Below the pieces are notes generated by a model that was given only the letters and a program-made list of their open reading frames with translations, did no database searches and was not told the origin of the DNA. DNA of 64,000 nt. Source: Chlamydiota bacterium. GTDB taxonomy: Bacteria > Auribacterota > JACPWU01. Every line of letters starts with the position of its first letter. The stretch's first letter is position 1. Shown one piece after another: positions 37,533 through 48,421 of this stretch. The position numbers and the translations under genes are program-made. The stretch is taken from positions 20,621 through 84,620 of the forward strand of contig JACOUC010000034.1 in assembly GCA_016178055.1 (NCBI GenBank), written 5' to 3'.

Positions 37533-38066
37533 TTAAGCTGTAGGTCCTGACGGATTCGTACTGGTAGAGTCTGCGTGTCCATCAACGAAAACTACGTTCG
37601 CCGGACGTGGAGCATCATGAGGACCAACAACAGTAACACCAGCAGCATTAGTAAATTCCTGGTCAATAGCAACAGGTGAATCTGAGGCAGAATTCTCATT
37701 CAAGGTATTGTCATACTGATATTGGATACTCGCTGCAATAAAGGCACTCGCTGCAATTGTTGTTCCGGTAGAAGGGCATTGAAAAACATTTACGTCTGTC
37801 ATGTATAAAGATGTCCTTAGAAGATCTAAAGAGCTCTTCCCTTGACCAGCAATCCCTGTCGTAGGAAATAACTCTCTATAATCAATCGAGTAGGTATGAA
37901 TTGATGTAATAATCTGCTTTAAATTATTCAAGCACTTGGTCTGACTTGCACGGCGACGGGCTTTGGCTAGGGCTGGGAGGAGCATGCTGGCCAAGATCGC
38001 AATGATGGCGATAACGACGAGGAGCTCAATTAATGTAAATCCTTTTTTACTTTTCCTAATCTTCAT
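37533..38066 (-). CDS. prepilin-type N-terminal cleavage/methylation domain protein with H-X9-DG (DUF1559) C-terminus, paralog 1
   Basis: [63 protein letters not shown]. Confidence 0.8.
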   Translation of the reverse strand: MKIRKSKKGFTLIELLVVIAIIAILASMLLPALAKARRRASQTKCLNNLKQIITSIHTYSIDYRELFPTTGIAGQGKSSLDLLRTSLYMTDVNVFQCPSTGTTIAASAFIAASIQYQYDNTLNENSASDSPVAIDQEFTNAAGVTVVGPHDAPRPANVVFVDGHADSTSTNPSGPTA

Positions 38067-38369
38067 AACTTTTTCTCCTTTTTGTTCAAAATTGATTTAG
38101 TCCTTTAACCTACCCATCTAACAGCAATGCCTAAGTCAATTAGCAATTCCTATATAGTAGCAATTCCTAAGCCAAAATAATATTTAAAAAAAATATTTTA
38201 TAATTATTTTTAAGTACCTTATTTACAATTAATTATAGAAAATAAATTTTAATGTGTTTTAAAAACATTTTATTTTAAGAATTTAAGGAATGTGTGGTTT
38301 TCGCTCAAAAAGAGCTTAAAAAACGCGTTTTAGATTTTTTATTTATGAAAAAGTAAGAGCGGGAATATT

Positions 38370-38942
38370 CTATTCGCTTGTATTGGTAGGATCTTTAGAA
38401 GTTCCACTGGCATGACCATCAACGTAAACCACATTAATGGACAAGGGATCATCATGATTGCCCTTGCTCATCATTCCACCTAAATCAAGAGCCCCATCAT
38501 CATTGGCTACAGCTGAATCACTCGAACTAAATTCCGATAAAGTTCTATCATATTCATAATCAACTCCTTCAAAAGTACTCACATTCTCTTTCGCATCTCC
38601 AGCTGGGCATTTCATAACATTACTGTATTGAGGAAAATATTGTAATGTTCGAAGCAAATTCAAAGATTTTTTCCCATTGTAGGAAAGAGGGTTAATTGGG
38701 GCCGGTTGATCAATCTCTCCAGTCGTTGGAAATTTTTCACGATAATCCATGGAATACGTATGAATAGCCATGATGATCTGTCGAAGATTACTTAAACATT
38801 TTGTTTGGCTGGAACGGCGACGGGCCTTAGCTAAAGCTGGAAGTAGCATACCAGCAAGAATTGCAATAACTGCCATGACCACAAGGAGTTCAATAAGAGT
38901 GAAACCTCGATTGAGTCGCTTACCATTAATCTGCCTTAACAT
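38370..38942 (-). CDS. prepilin-type/DUF1559 protein, paralog 2
   Basis: [64 protein letters not shown]. Confidence 0.8.
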   Translation of the reverse strand: MLRQINGKRLNRGFTLIELLVVMAVIAILAGMLLPALAKARRRSSQTKCLSNLRQIIMAIHTYSMDYREKFPTTGEIDQPAPINPLSYNGKKSLNLLRTLQYFPQYSNVMKCPAGDAKENVSTFEGVDYEYDRTLSEFSSSDSAVANDDGALDLGGMMSKGNHDDPLSINVVYVDGHASGTSKDPTNTSE

Positions 38943-38951
38943 ATTATGCTT

Positions 38952-39521
38952 CTATTCGCCTGTGTTTCCAGGATCGGTGGTAACGCTGTCCTCATGTCCA
39001 TCTACGTAGACAACATTAAAGGCTTTGGGGGCATCGTGATTCCCTGGGTGAGTATCATCCGCCCCCTTTGGATCGTCATCGTTCGCAACAGCTGAATCAC
39101 TCGAGCTAAATTCAGATAACAGATTGTCATATTGATAATCAACTCCCCTGTAGTCACTATCATCGGTAGCATTACCCGAAGGACACCTAAGGACGGGCGA
39201 GCCATGAAAAGGGCCTGTTGGTGAACCTGCCGCAGGGATAGGCAAATACCCAGACCGTGCAAGCAAGCATAAAGATGCCTTACCTCCATGATTATCATCT
39301 TTTGTCCCTCCAGTGTTTGGAAAAAGCTCTCGATAATCCATTGAATAGGTATGAATGGCCATGATGATTTGACGGAGGTTGTTCAGGCATTTAACCTGAT
39401 TTGCCCGGCGGCGGGCTTTGGCAAGGGACGGCAAGAGCATGCTGGCCAAAATGGCAATAATGGCTATGACCACCAATAGTTCAACCAGCGTAAACCCTCG
39501 TTTTTTGGAATATTTATACAT
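38952..39521 (-). CDS. prepilin-type/DUF1559 protein, paralog 3
   Basis: [64 protein letters not shown]. Confidence 0.8.
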   Translation of the reverse strand: MYKYSKKRGFTLVELLVVIAIIAILASMLLPSLAKARRRANQVKCLNNLRQIIMAIHTYSMDYRELFPNTGGTKDDNHGGKASLCLLARSGYLPIPAAGSPTGPFHGSPVLRCPSGNATDDSDYRGVDYQYDNLLSEFSSSDSAVANDDDPKGADDTHPGNHDAPKAFNVVYVDGHEDSVTTDPGNTGE

Positions 39522-39599
39522 AAAACATCCCCCTTATTAAATCAGGAGTCTTATCAGACTCATAAACTAGCATTTTATATGCCAAAGATTAAAGGAATA

Positions 39600-39785
39600 A
39601 CTCCCCACACCCCTCTTTGAAAGAAAGAGGGGGTATTGAATAACTCCCCGGACTGTAACTCCCCTAACCCCTCTTAAATTAAGAGGGGAATATAAAACTC
39701 CCCTGGTTACTGTTCGATATCCTTAAATAAAGAGCGATTTACTCTCCCCTTAGTTTAAGGGGAGTTGGAGGGGTTACTTTTATCA
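39600..39785. repeat. three tandem GC-stem hairpin units (Family G: AACTCCCC..CCCCTCTT-loop-AAGAGGGG) upstream of pilin array
   Basis: ccctctttgaaagaaagaggg; cccctcttaaattaagagggg; ctccccttagtttaaggggag; each preceded by aactcccc. Confidence 0.6.
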
Positions 39786-39794
39786 TTAAAAAAC

Positions 39795-40905
39795 TCAATT
39801 TGGTCCTTTTTTCAAATACGCTTGAATAAATAAATCAATTTCTCCATCCATGACCGCATTTCCATTTGAAGTTTCGACCCCTGTCCGATGGTCTTTGACT
39901 AAGGTATAGGGCTGAAACACATAAGAACGAATTTGGCTTCCCCAGGCGATATCGGCTTTTTGACCATAAACTTTGGCCATTTTTTCTTCTTGTTCTTTTT
40001 GCTTCAGAGCATAAACTCGGGCCCTTAAAATTTTAAAGGCTGTCGCTTTATTTTTATGTTGAGAGCGTTCATTTTGGCAACTCACGACAATCCCTGTCGG
40101 AAGATGGGTGATTCTCACCGCTGAATCTGTCTTGTTCACATGTTGTCCCCCAGCCCCACTCGCACGAAAGGTGTCAATTTTGAGATCTTTTTCATCTAAA
40201 TCGACTGGAATGTCGTCAGTAATTTCAGGAATTACATCGATAGAAGCAAACGAGGTATGACGGCGTTTATTAGAATCAAAGGGCGAAATCCGGACTAAGC
40301 GATGAATGCCTTTTTCCGCCTTTAAATATCCATAGGCGTAATCGCCCTCAACAATTAAAGTCACATTCTTAACCCCTACCTCCTCTCCAGGCAAAATTTC
40401 TGTAATTTCATCTTTAAAACCGTGACGTTCAATCCAGCGCCGATACATTCTTAAAAGCATTTCAGCCCAATCGCAAGATTCGGTTCCGCCCGCACCCGAA
40501 TGAACGGTCAAAATGGCTGGATTACGATCATAAGGGCCACCTAAAATATTACGAAGCTCAAGATCAGAAAGATTTTTTTCAACTAAAATAAGACTTTTCT
40601 CAAGTTCTTCTCTTAATTCATGAGCCTCTGGAGAGTCGTCCCCCTTCACCAATTCTAAAATGGCCTGGAGATCATGTACTTCCTTCTCTAAACGACCTAC
40701 GGGCTCAAGCTTTGATTTAAGGAGTTTTAAATCCTCAATAATTTTCTTTGATTTTTCACCCTGATCCCAAAAATCCTCCAGAGCCATTTCCCCTTCAAGG
40801 GATTTTAGACGCACTATTTTATGATCGTAGTCAAAGATACCTCCTGAGCTCCCCCAAATTCTTGACCACCTTTTCTACTCTGTCTGCAATCTCACTTGGC
40901 ATCAT
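39795..40905 (-). CDS. prfB: peptide chain release factor 2 with programmed +1 ribosomal frameshift (frame 0: 40834..40905; +1 frame: 39795..40832)
   Basis: Frame-0 ORF MMPSEIADRVEKVVKNLGELRRYL then TGA within AGG AGG TAT CTT TGA CTA (canonical SD-like + CUU UGA C shift site at 40828-40848); downstream frame SGAGGQHVNKTDSAVR, GGQ motif. Confidence 0.85.
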
Positions 40906-40971
40906 ACTCTTTCTTCCCCTTTCAAGTTTTGAAATAATCTTCGTTATTTTCAATAAAATTAAATTAACAGT

Positions 40972-41100
40972 GAAAATCCAAAAATCAAACATCAAAAACC
41001 AAAATGACAAATCAAAATTAAAATATTTTTCAAGACAAAGACACAGATAAATTTTGAATTTTAGTTTGTCATTTTGATTTTTGGATTTTGATTTTTGATA
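40972..41100. repeat. Family A palindromic element (copy A9) between prfB start region and lnt stop
   Basis: aaaatccaaaaatcaaacatcaaaaaccaaaatgacaaatcaaaattaaaat .. attttgaattttagtttgtcattttgatttttggattttgatttttgat. Confidence 0.8.
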
Positions 41101-42592
41101 TTACAAGAAATAGAGCTACCATTAGACTATAGATCCATGCAAAAAAGTCACCGTATTGGGCATAGAGGGTTTTAACACGCTCCACTCTCATTTCCTGAGA
41201 TTTGAAACCCTCAATTTCTAAAGTGTCCCCTTCTTTATTTTGAACCTTTCCCAAAATTTCCCCATAAGGAGAAATGAAGGCTGAAACACCCGTATTGGTC
41301 GCCCTCACCAGGCCCACCCCATTCGCGACACTAGAAAAACGGGCAAGGTTTAAGTGTTCTTCGGCCGATCGAGAAATACCAAACCAGGCATCATTGGTTA
41401 AATTAATCATCAGCTCGGCCCCTTTTAAAATAAATTTTCGGACATGCCCAGGGAAAATATCTTCAAAACATATCACACTCGAGAAATGAATCCCATTAAT
41501 CTCAAAAACTTTAAAGTTTTGTCCCCCAGAGAAATCAATTTCTCCCAAAGTCATATTGGCAACCCACGGAATCCATTTTCGCAGTGGCACATATTCTCCA
41601 CAGGGAACCAAGTGAATTTTATCGTATTGTCCGACAATCTGGCCATCAGAATTGAGTAAAAAAGCTGTATTGGTCACCACTCTCTGGGGATATAAACGGT
41701 CATCTTCTCCCCCCACTAAAAGATAGGCCCCAACTTGATGGGCAAGTTTAGACATTTTTCTTTGAAGATGCCTCTCCGTCTTTAAATTTCCAGGAAGGGC
41801 TGTCTCAGGCCAGACAATCAAGTCCGGATGGGATCTTGCAGCTCTTAAAGTAAGATTTGTATATCGACGGAAGTTCGAACGTTCTTCTTTAATATCCCAT
41901 TTTTCACTTTGAGGAATGTTCCCCTGAACCACTGTAACTTTCAAAACAGGCCCTTTACTTTCCAAAGAATGAGCCTTGGCAAGTCGCCACATCCCATAAA
42001 AATAGTTTCCGGCAACTAAAATAATACAAATAAAACCCAAAACAATTTTTTTAGAAATGGATAAATTTTTCGGAAATAAAATTTCGTAAAGGGAGCGATT
42101 AATAAAAAAAATTAAGAATGAAAGACTGCTTTCTCCCCCCCAAGAAACCATCTGAATCAAGGGAAGATGTTGCGATTGAGAGTATCCCAAAAAGAACCAG
42201 GGAAAACCTAAAGATCCTAAGGTTCTCAAATATTCAAGAAAGGACCACAGGCTGGATAAAAATAGGATCGAGCCAAGAGGATGAGAGGGACATATTTTTT
42301 TTGAAAACCAGCCAAAAACACCAAAATAAAAGGCGAGAATCAACGAAAGGAGAAGAGTTCCTATGACGGTAACCTGGGATAGCCAGGCAGCTGATGCCAG
42401 ATAAAGCGCCAGGCCTGTGAGCGTCCACCAGAGGCACGATTTCTCTGGAGTTTTGACCCTATCGGAAAGATAAAACAAAGGCAAAAAGGCAATCCAGGCG
42501 GTGACTCCGGCGCAACTTCCACGAAGGGAAAGAAAAAGAAGAAAAAAAGATATTAAGGACAGATAAATACAGTTCAAGTAAAGACAGTTCAA
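41069..42592 (-). CDS. lnt: apolipoprotein N-acyltransferase; C-terminal SKIKIQKSK tail from Family A repeat
   Basis: 507 aa; N-terminal polytopic membrane domain, C-terminal CN-hydrolase domain (VVWPETALP, active-site Cys region VICFEDIF). Confidence 0.8.
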   Translation of the reverse strand: MNCLYLNCIYLSLISFFLLFLSLRGSCAGVTAWIAFLPLFYLSDRVKTPEKSCLWWTLTGLALYLASAAWLSQVTVIGTLLLSLILAFYFGVFGWFSKKICPSHPLGSILFLSSLWSFLEYLRTLGSLGFPWFFLGYSQSQHLPLIQMVSWGGESSLSFLIFFINRSLYEILFPKNLSISKKIVLGFICIILVAGNYFYGMWRLAKAHSLESKGPVLKVTVVQGNIPQSEKWDIKEERSNFRRYTNLTLRAARSHPDLIVWPETALPGNLKTERHLQRKMSKLAHQVGAYLLVGGEDDRLYPQRVVTNTAFLLNSDGQIVGQYDKIHLVPCGEYVPLRKWIPWVANMTLGEIDFSGGQNFKVFEINGIHFSSVICFEDIFPGHVRKFILKGAELMINLTNDAWFGISRSAEEHLNLARFSSVANGVGLVRATNTGVSAFISPYGEILGKVQNKEGDTLEIEGFKSQEMRVERVKTLYAQYGDFFAWIYSLMVALFLVISKIKIQKSK

Positions 42593-42700
42593 AGTTTAAG
42601 GTTTAAGGTTCAAAGAAAAAAAACTAAAAAACAGCCCACGGCTAAGAGTTTAGAGTTTTCAACTTTAAACTTTTAACTTTAAACTGTTTTTACGCTCCAC
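42592..42700. repeat. Family C palindromic repeat (AAGTTTAAGGTTTAAGG .. AACTTTAAACTTTTAACTTTAAACTG)
   Basis: Inverted word arrays flanking short unique centre; fills lnt-secA intergenic gap. Confidence 0.6.
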
Positions 42701-45700
42701 AACATTTCTTGTATTTTTTACCGCTTCCACAAGGGCAAAGATCATTGCGCCCCACCTTTGGGAGATCCCGTCGAATGGGGGCTGATGAGCGATTCACCAG
42801 AGGCATTCCTTCAGATGAGGGTTGATCTTGAGAAGATCCTCCATTGGCTCCTTGAGAAACTGGCGCAGATTGAAATTGCTGAGTCTCCTGATGAATCAAC
42901 TTTGTTGGAACACGCTTCATAACGCTTTCAAAGTATTGAGGACTCGCGGAAACGCGGAAAATTTCCCTTGTAATTTCAGCCTTCATATCATACATCATTT
43001 CAGAAAACATATTGAAGCCCTCAGCACGATATTCAACCAGGGGATCTTTCTGGCCGTAAGCCCTTAAGTACACCCCCTCTCTCAAAGAATCCATATTATA
43101 AAGATGCTCCCGCCACAGACGGTCAATCACCTTGAGAAGGACGACCTGTTCGAGACGGCGCATTCTTTCTTCTTCAATTTTCTCTTTAAATTCATAAAGA
43201 GACTTGAATTCATCAATGAGAGTCTGAGTTACTTCTTCCTTTGTTTTCTCCTCAAACTCGGAAATACGATCTGAAAGGTGAAGAGGAAAATTAGAATCCA
43301 CCCATTTCAGAAGTCCAGCCAAATCAATTTCGTCAGTCTTCCCGGAAAAAATTTCATCGACCTTGATGGACAAAACCTCTTCAATAATATTGAGGACATC
43401 TTCTTTTAGATTTTCGGACTGAAGAACCCGATTCCTAAAATCGTAAATGACCTGACGCTGTTTATTCATCACATCATCAAATTCAAGGGTATGCTTACGA
43501 ACTCCAAAATTTCTCTGTTCCACCCTTTTTTGAGCCGTCTCAATCGATCGGTTCAAAAGAGGATGAGTGAGGTCTTGTCCCTCTTCAATCCCCATTTTAT
43601 CCATGACCCGCGCAATCCGGTCCGAACCAAAGAGACGCATCAAATCGTCTTCCAAAGAAATATAGAATCGGGATGAACCGGGGTCTCCCTGACGGGCGCT
43701 GCGGCCCCTTAGCTGGCGGTCAATTCGGCGAGATTCATGCCGCTCGGATCCAATCACGTGAAGGCCGCAAGGAACTTTTTTATAGCAATCCAATTCATTG
43801 ATGAAAGGGCAAACCTCTCTTCCGTCACGAGCGGCAATTAAAGCACAATTTGAATGTTTGACCACCCCCGGCCCCAGTTTAATATCCGTTCCTCGTCCAG
43901 CCATGTTAGTCGCAATGGTCACAGCTCCCGGCTGTCCCGCCCTTGAAACAATTTCAGCCTCTTGCTGGTGATATCGGGCATTTAAAACCGAGTGGGGAAT
44001 GCTGCGTCTTTTGAGGAGTCTGCTTAAAACTTCAGAGGTTTCAACAGAAACCGTTCCAACCAAGACGGGGCGCTTGGCTTGATAGCATTCAGTAATTTCA
44101 TCAATGATGGCATTGAACTTTTCCCGACGGGTTTTATAAATCACATCGTTATGATCGATTCTGCGAATTTTGTCATTGGTTGGAATCACCATGACCGGCA
44201 ATTTATAAATCTGAAAAAATTCATTGGCCTCAGTCTCAGCGGTTCCTGTCATTCCAGCGAGCTTTTTATACATTCTAAAATAATTTTGAATCGTGATCGT
44301 TGCAAAGGTCTGTGTTTCCCGTTCAATACTCACCCCTTCCTTTGCCTCCAGGGCCTGATGGAGTCCATCGCTGTAACGCCGACCTGGCATTAAACGACCT
44401 GTAAACTCATCCACAATAATGACTTTATTGTCTTGAATGACATAATCAACATCCTTTTCAAAAAGAGAATAAGCCTTAAGCAGTTGACCCAAATTATGGA
44501 TTTTTTCACTTTTTTCACCATACTCAACCTGAAGCTTCTCCTTCTTTCTCTCTTTTTCTTCAGAAGTCAAAGTCTCATCAGCATCAATGTCTTGTTGGTC
44601 ATTCACTAAATCAGGCAAAACAAATTCATCAGCATCATGAGGACTAATGAGTTTTCGACCTTGATCCGTTAAATCGACATCGTGACCCTTTTCATCAATC
44701 GTAAAATATAATTCTTCCAATACTTTAAAGCGCTCTTCCTTGCGAAGATCACTCATCATCTGAAGTTCTGTTTTGTCGATCATTCGCCTTACTTCCGGAT
44801 CTTCCATCATTTTAAGAAGTTGACGATGCTCAGGAATTCCCTTCAGAACCTGAAAAAGCTTAATGGCCGCGGCATCTTCTTCTTCATCGGTGGCCCCGTC
44901 TTTATCCAAAATATCGCGAGCTTCCTTTAAGAGACGATTGCAAAGCAAACTTTGTTTTTGAAAAAGATTTTGAACAAGGGGTTTAACCTGGTCATAGCGG
45001 TGAGTGGAGACTGATGCGGGACCTGAAATAATCAAAGGAGTTCGGGCTTCGTCCACCAAAATGCTATCGACTTCATCCACAATCGCAAAAAAATGGCCGC
45101 GTTGAACCTGCTCTTCCTGGCGGCTCGCCATGCTGTTATCCCTCAAATAATCAAAGCCAAATTCGCTATTGGTGCCATAAACAATGTCACAGGCATAAAC
45201 CTTTCGACGAGCCTCAAAATCCATATCATTCTGAAGATAGGAAACCGTCAGCCCTAAAAATTCATAAATGGGCCGCATCCACTCACAGTCGCGGCGAGCC
45301 AAATAATCATTTACCGTCACCAGATGAACAGGATTGACTAACGCATTTAAATAAACGGGAAGCGTAGCCACCAGAGTTTTTCCTTCCCCTGTTGCCATTT
45401 CCGCAATTTTTCCCTGGTGAAGGACCTTCCCTCCTACAAGCTGAACATCAAAAGGAATCATTTCCCATTTGAGCTGATGACCCACAACATCCCAACTTTT
45501 CCCAACATGGCGTCGACACACGTTTTTAACAACGGCAAAAGCTTCAGTAGAAAGATCGTCCAAGGATTCCCCCCCAGACAATCTCTTTCTAAACTCAATC
45601 GTCTTGGCTTTAATCTCTTCATCTGTGAGTTTTTGATATTCTTTTTCTTTTTCATTAACGAGAAGAGCCCACTTGCAAAGTCGAGCTACCTCACGGTCAT

Positions 45701-45740
45701 TCTTTGTGCCGATGGTCTTGCCGAGAATCCACTGAAGCAT
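42690..45740 (-). CDS. secA: preprotein translocase ATPase SecA
   Basis: 1016 aa; MLQWILGK.., DEAD-like motor, C-terminal zinc finger [14 protein letters not shown]. Confidence 0.95.
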   Translation of the reverse strand: MLQWILGKTIGTKNDREVARLCKWALLVNEKEKEYQKLTDEEIKAKTIEFRKRLSGGESLDDLSTEAFAVVKNVCRRHVGKSWDVVGHQLKWEMIPFDVQLVGGKVLHQGKIAEMATGEGKTLVATLPVYLNALVNPVHLVTVNDYLARRDCEWMRPIYEFLGLTVSYLQNDMDFEARRKVYACDIVYGTNSEFGFDYLRDNSMASRQEEQVQRGHFFAIVDEVDSILVDEARTPLIISGPASVSTHRYDQVKPLVQNLFQKQSLLCNRLLKEARDILDKDGATDEEEDAAAIKLFQVLKGIPEHRQLLKMMEDPEVRRMIDKTELQMMSDLRKEERFKVLEELYFTIDEKGHDVDLTDQGRKLISPHDADEFVLPDLVNDQQDIDADETLTSEEKERKKEKLQVEYGEKSEKIHNLGQLLKAYSLFEKDVDYVIQDNKVIIVDEFTGRLMPGRRYSDGLHQALEAKEGVSIERETQTFATITIQNYFRMYKKLAGMTGTAETEANEFFQIYKLPVMVIPTNDKIRRIDHNDVIYKTRREKFNAIIDEITECYQAKRPVLVGTVSVETSEVLSRLLKRRSIPHSVLNARYHQQEAEIVSRAGQPGAVTIATNMAGRGTDIKLGPGVVKHSNCALIAARDGREVCPFINELDCYKKVPCGLHVIGSERHESRRIDRQLRGRSARQGDPGSSRFYISLEDDLMRLFGSDRIARVMDKMGIEEGQDLTHPLLNRSIETAQKRVEQRNFGVRKHTLEFDDVMNKQRQVIYDFRNRVLQSENLKEDVLNIIEEVLSIKVDEIFSGKTDEIDLAGLLKWVDSNFPLHLSDRISEFEEKTKEEVTQTLIDEFKSLYEFKEKIEEERMRRLEQVVLLKVIDRLWREHLYNMDSLREGVYLRAYGQKDPLVEYRAEGFNMFSEMMYDMKAEITREIFRVSASPQYFESVMKRVPTKLIHQETQQFQSAPVSQGANGGSSQDQPSSEGMPLVNRSSAPIRRDLPKVGRNDLCPCGSGKKYKKCCGA

Positions 45741-45859
45741 AAATTATTCCTCAAGTTCATTTAACCCAGAATTTGCAATAGACCGCGGAATTCGACGCAA
45801 GATCTTGGCCACCTTGGCCTTCAGAAAGCCTCGACAGACATCTGTCAATGTATGTCTAC

Positions 45860-46030
45860 GTTTTCTTCAGGCCAATCTGGCTCAAGCTCTTGCGTCTCGG
45901 TTCACGCGTCTATTGCAAAATCTGGGTTTAATTCCAGAAGGGACGAGTCTAGCAATTAGGCTCTTGATTTTCAAGAACGATTGGAGGGTCAAATTCAAAA
46001 TGCAAAATGACAGACAAAAATTCAAAATTC
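45860..46030. repeat. Family H repeat copy 2 plus Family A half element (left arm) upstream of secA
   Basis: ctggctcaagctcttgcgtctcggttcacgcgtctatt; caaattcaaaatgcaaaatgacagacaaaaattcaaaattc. Confidence 0.5.
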
Positions 46031-47508
46031 TATGGACACCCAGATTTTGCCTTCGAAGCAAACAATGCATCGAGATCCAGTATCTTGTGAAAATATCCAC
46101 TCTGCTGCAAGTCTCTGGTAATGGGTCCGGTGCAAACGAGCATTTTTTCTACGGTATAAAATTTCTTGGGTTTGAGAAAAGCAACTTTCCTTTCAACATC
46201 CTGGACAATGGAAAGACCTATAGGGGAAGTCAAAAATTTACACTCCATAACCGTCAAGACATGTCCTTGCCTATGCACAAGAATATCAATCTGCAACCCG
46301 ACATCCTTCGAACCCTTCTTTCTGGCAGGCTGCCTGAAAAAAGGGCCATAACCCAAAATTTCATTCAGCGGGATACCAGCCGCCGATAACAATCCCGGAA
46401 GGTTTTTCATGCATAATCTTTCAAATGCCAGTCCAAAGTAGGTATCAATGCTTTTCCCAGCCAATTGCTGGAATAAACCCGGCTTCGTGTTCATTTCTAT
46501 CACATGCTTATTTGGTTTAAGGTAAGAAAAATAGAACCGAAGCCATTCATCCCATAACACAATCTTTTTCGTTTTTTCGCCCCCTCCTCTGATGGATAAA
46601 GGAGAAAACACCTTCACAAAATCAGCCTGCTCAAGCGCCTGAATATATCCGGATAAGCCGCCCCCGGGTTTCATCTGGATTCGCTCTGCCAAGCCTTCTT
46701 TTGAATCGCTATGTTTTGCTAAAGCCTCTGCGATGGTTTCGTAGGTCTTAATGACTTTGAACTGTTCTTTAAACAAAGTCTCAAATTCGGTCATAAAAAA
46801 TGAGTTTTTTGTGAAACAGAGACGGTCCATGTTGGAGGTAAAAGATTGAGTCGGATCAAGTTGTTCCAAATATTTAGGGATGCCGCCAAAGACCATTAGG
46901 AATTTGGCCATCTCAAAGTTAGAACGATATTTTTTAAAAAATAAGGCTGCTTCATTGGCAGGAAGAGGTTCCAGCTTTATCTCAAAAGTCTTTCGATTAT
47001 GCAAAGCTTGAGAATGAATCAAATGCTTCAGCATAAAACTTGTCACGGAACCGCACAAAACAAGCGTAAGCTTTGGATTTTTTTTCCAAATCATATCCCA
47101 ATAAAACTTTAAAATGGAGACGAGCTCGGTACGGCCTGATGCCATCCAGGGAAATTCATCAAAAACAATGTAATGCCTTCCCCTTTGGATATGAGGGGTG
47201 AGTCCATCAAAGGCTTCTTTCCAGTTACGAGCGAGAATTTTGGGGGTGTGGGTCTCTCTTGCCAGTTGGTCTGTGAAATGATCAATCTGTTTGAGGGTAG
47301 AAACTTTTTGTAAAGCCTCAAAATATAAGTCGCTCTTATGTTTTTTAAACTGCATCAAGAGCGCACTTTTCCCGATGCGGCGCCTCCCGTACACAATACC
47401 AAACTCCGCTCGGTTTGAGGCGACTGCCTCCTGGATGATTTTGAATTCATTCTCTCGTCCAACAAACATAGATTGAGTATAGATCGGCAAATATCGCTTG
47501 TCAATCAA
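46030..47508 (-). CDS. AAA-family ATPase with DUF234 (archaeal-type ATPase_2)
   Basis: 492 aa; FVGRENEFKIIQEAV..GIVYGRRRIGKSAL Walker A, DEFPW Walker B; C-terminal DUF234-like region. Confidence 0.7.
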   Translation of the reverse strand: MIDKRYLPIYTQSMFVGRENEFKIIQEAVASNRAEFGIVYGRRRIGKSALLMQFKKHKSDLYFEALQKVSTLKQIDHFTDQLARETHTPKILARNWKEAFDGLTPHIQRGRHYIVFDEFPWMASGRTELVSILKFYWDMIWKKNPKLTLVLCGSVTSFMLKHLIHSQALHNRKTFEIKLEPLPANEAALFFKKYRSNFEMAKFLMVFGGIPKYLEQLDPTQSFTSNMDRLCFTKNSFFMTEFETLFKEQFKVIKTYETIAEALAKHSDSKEGLAERIQMKPGGGLSGYIQALEQADFVKVFSPLSIRGGGEKTKKIVLWDEWLRFYFSYLKPNKHVIEMNTKPGLFQQLAGKSIDTYFGLAFERLCMKNLPGLLSAAGIPLNEILGYGPFFRQPARKKGSKDVGLQIDILVHRQGHVLTVMECKFLTSPIGLSIVQDVERKVAFLKPKKFYTVEKMLVCTGPITRDLQQSGYFHKILDLDALFASKAKSGCP

Positions 47509-47530
47509 TTCTTGCCAATCTGTTGAATTA

Positions 47531-47585
47531 TTATATAGATCGGCAAGAATTAAAATTTAACGTTTCTTGCCGATCTATGATCCTC
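47531..47585. repeat. perfect inverted repeat/hairpin (atagatcggcaagaa .. ttcttgccgatctat), partly duplicated
   Basis: tatatagatcggcaagaattaaaatttaacgtttcttgccgatctatg. Confidence 0.5.
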
Positions 47586-47656
47586 CTACACGGATCGAAG
47601 AAATAGATTTTTTTACTGACCGATGTTCGCTCAATACTGTATGATGCTTTTTTAGA

Positions 47657-48343
47657 ATGGATTTTAAAATGGCCAAAAAATTTATTTTTATTCTTACTGC
47701 CTGCATATCGATCATATTCATTCTTTACTGGGCTAAACACAGAGGAAAAGAGCTTCAAGCGCCACCCCAATCCATTGTTCCTAAAAAATTACTTGTAACG
47801 AAACCTCCTCTGACTCTGCAGCCTTCTAAAGCCCCTCTACCCCTTTCCACTTCCAAGCCCAAAGAAATAAAAAAGATAATCCATCTTAATCACCCTGATT
47901 TAACTTCAACGGCAGGAGAACCTCCCCTTACCACACGTCCAGAATGGATTTTGGATGAAACGGGTTCCGCAATTCCAGCACCTCCTCCTACAATTCCCTT
48001 CGAGCCTTCCTCGACGGGGTTTCCTGGATATTCTGTCACAAGCACAGAAGAAACTTGGCAGGTTTATCGAGTGGTGATGATTAACTCCGATTCTTTGGCG
48101 GAGGACTGGAGCAAAGCCAAGGGGCTTGTCGAGAATATCGGTTGTAAAATTATCTTCCAGACAGAAAAGCCTATTTACCAATTGCGGTCGTATATCCCCT
48201 CCGATCGCTGGGAAGATTTTAAATCCTCTTTGGAATCGAGCGGTTTAGCATACACCCTAGAACCTTCTGCAGACGTTGGAACCCTCGCCCCTGACCAATC
48301 GATAGGAATTTCTATCACCCTTCAACAAAAAAGAAAAAATTAG
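47657..48343 (+). CDS. hypothetical membrane-anchored proline-rich protein
   Basis: N-terminal TM FIFILTACISIIFILYW, Pro-rich linker, about 90 aa C-terminal globular region. Confidence 0.4.
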   Translation: MDFKMAKKFIFILTACISIIFILYWAKHRGKELQAPPQSIVPKKLLVTKPPLTLQPSKAPLPLSTSKPKEIKKIIHLNHPDLTSTAGEPPLTTRPEWILDETGSAIPAPPPTIPFEPSSTGFPGYSVTSTEETWQVYRVVMINSDSLAEDWSKAKGLVENIGCKIIFQTEKPIYQLRSYIPSDRWEDFKSSLESSGLAYTLEPSADVGTLAPDQSIGISITLQQKRKN

Positions 48344-48421
48344 GGCGTAACATTGTTTTATTGTTATTCCTCTTACGATTCGTTAAAATGTTTAAAATTC
48401 CAAAGACAAAGACAAAAACCT

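Noticed and set aside
45805-46389. 194-aa plus-strand ORF upstream of secA
   Set aside because: Runs through the Family H and Family A repeats and is antisense to the well-supported DUF234 ATPase gene. Composition (Arg/Leu-rich) is typical of a spurious antisense frame.
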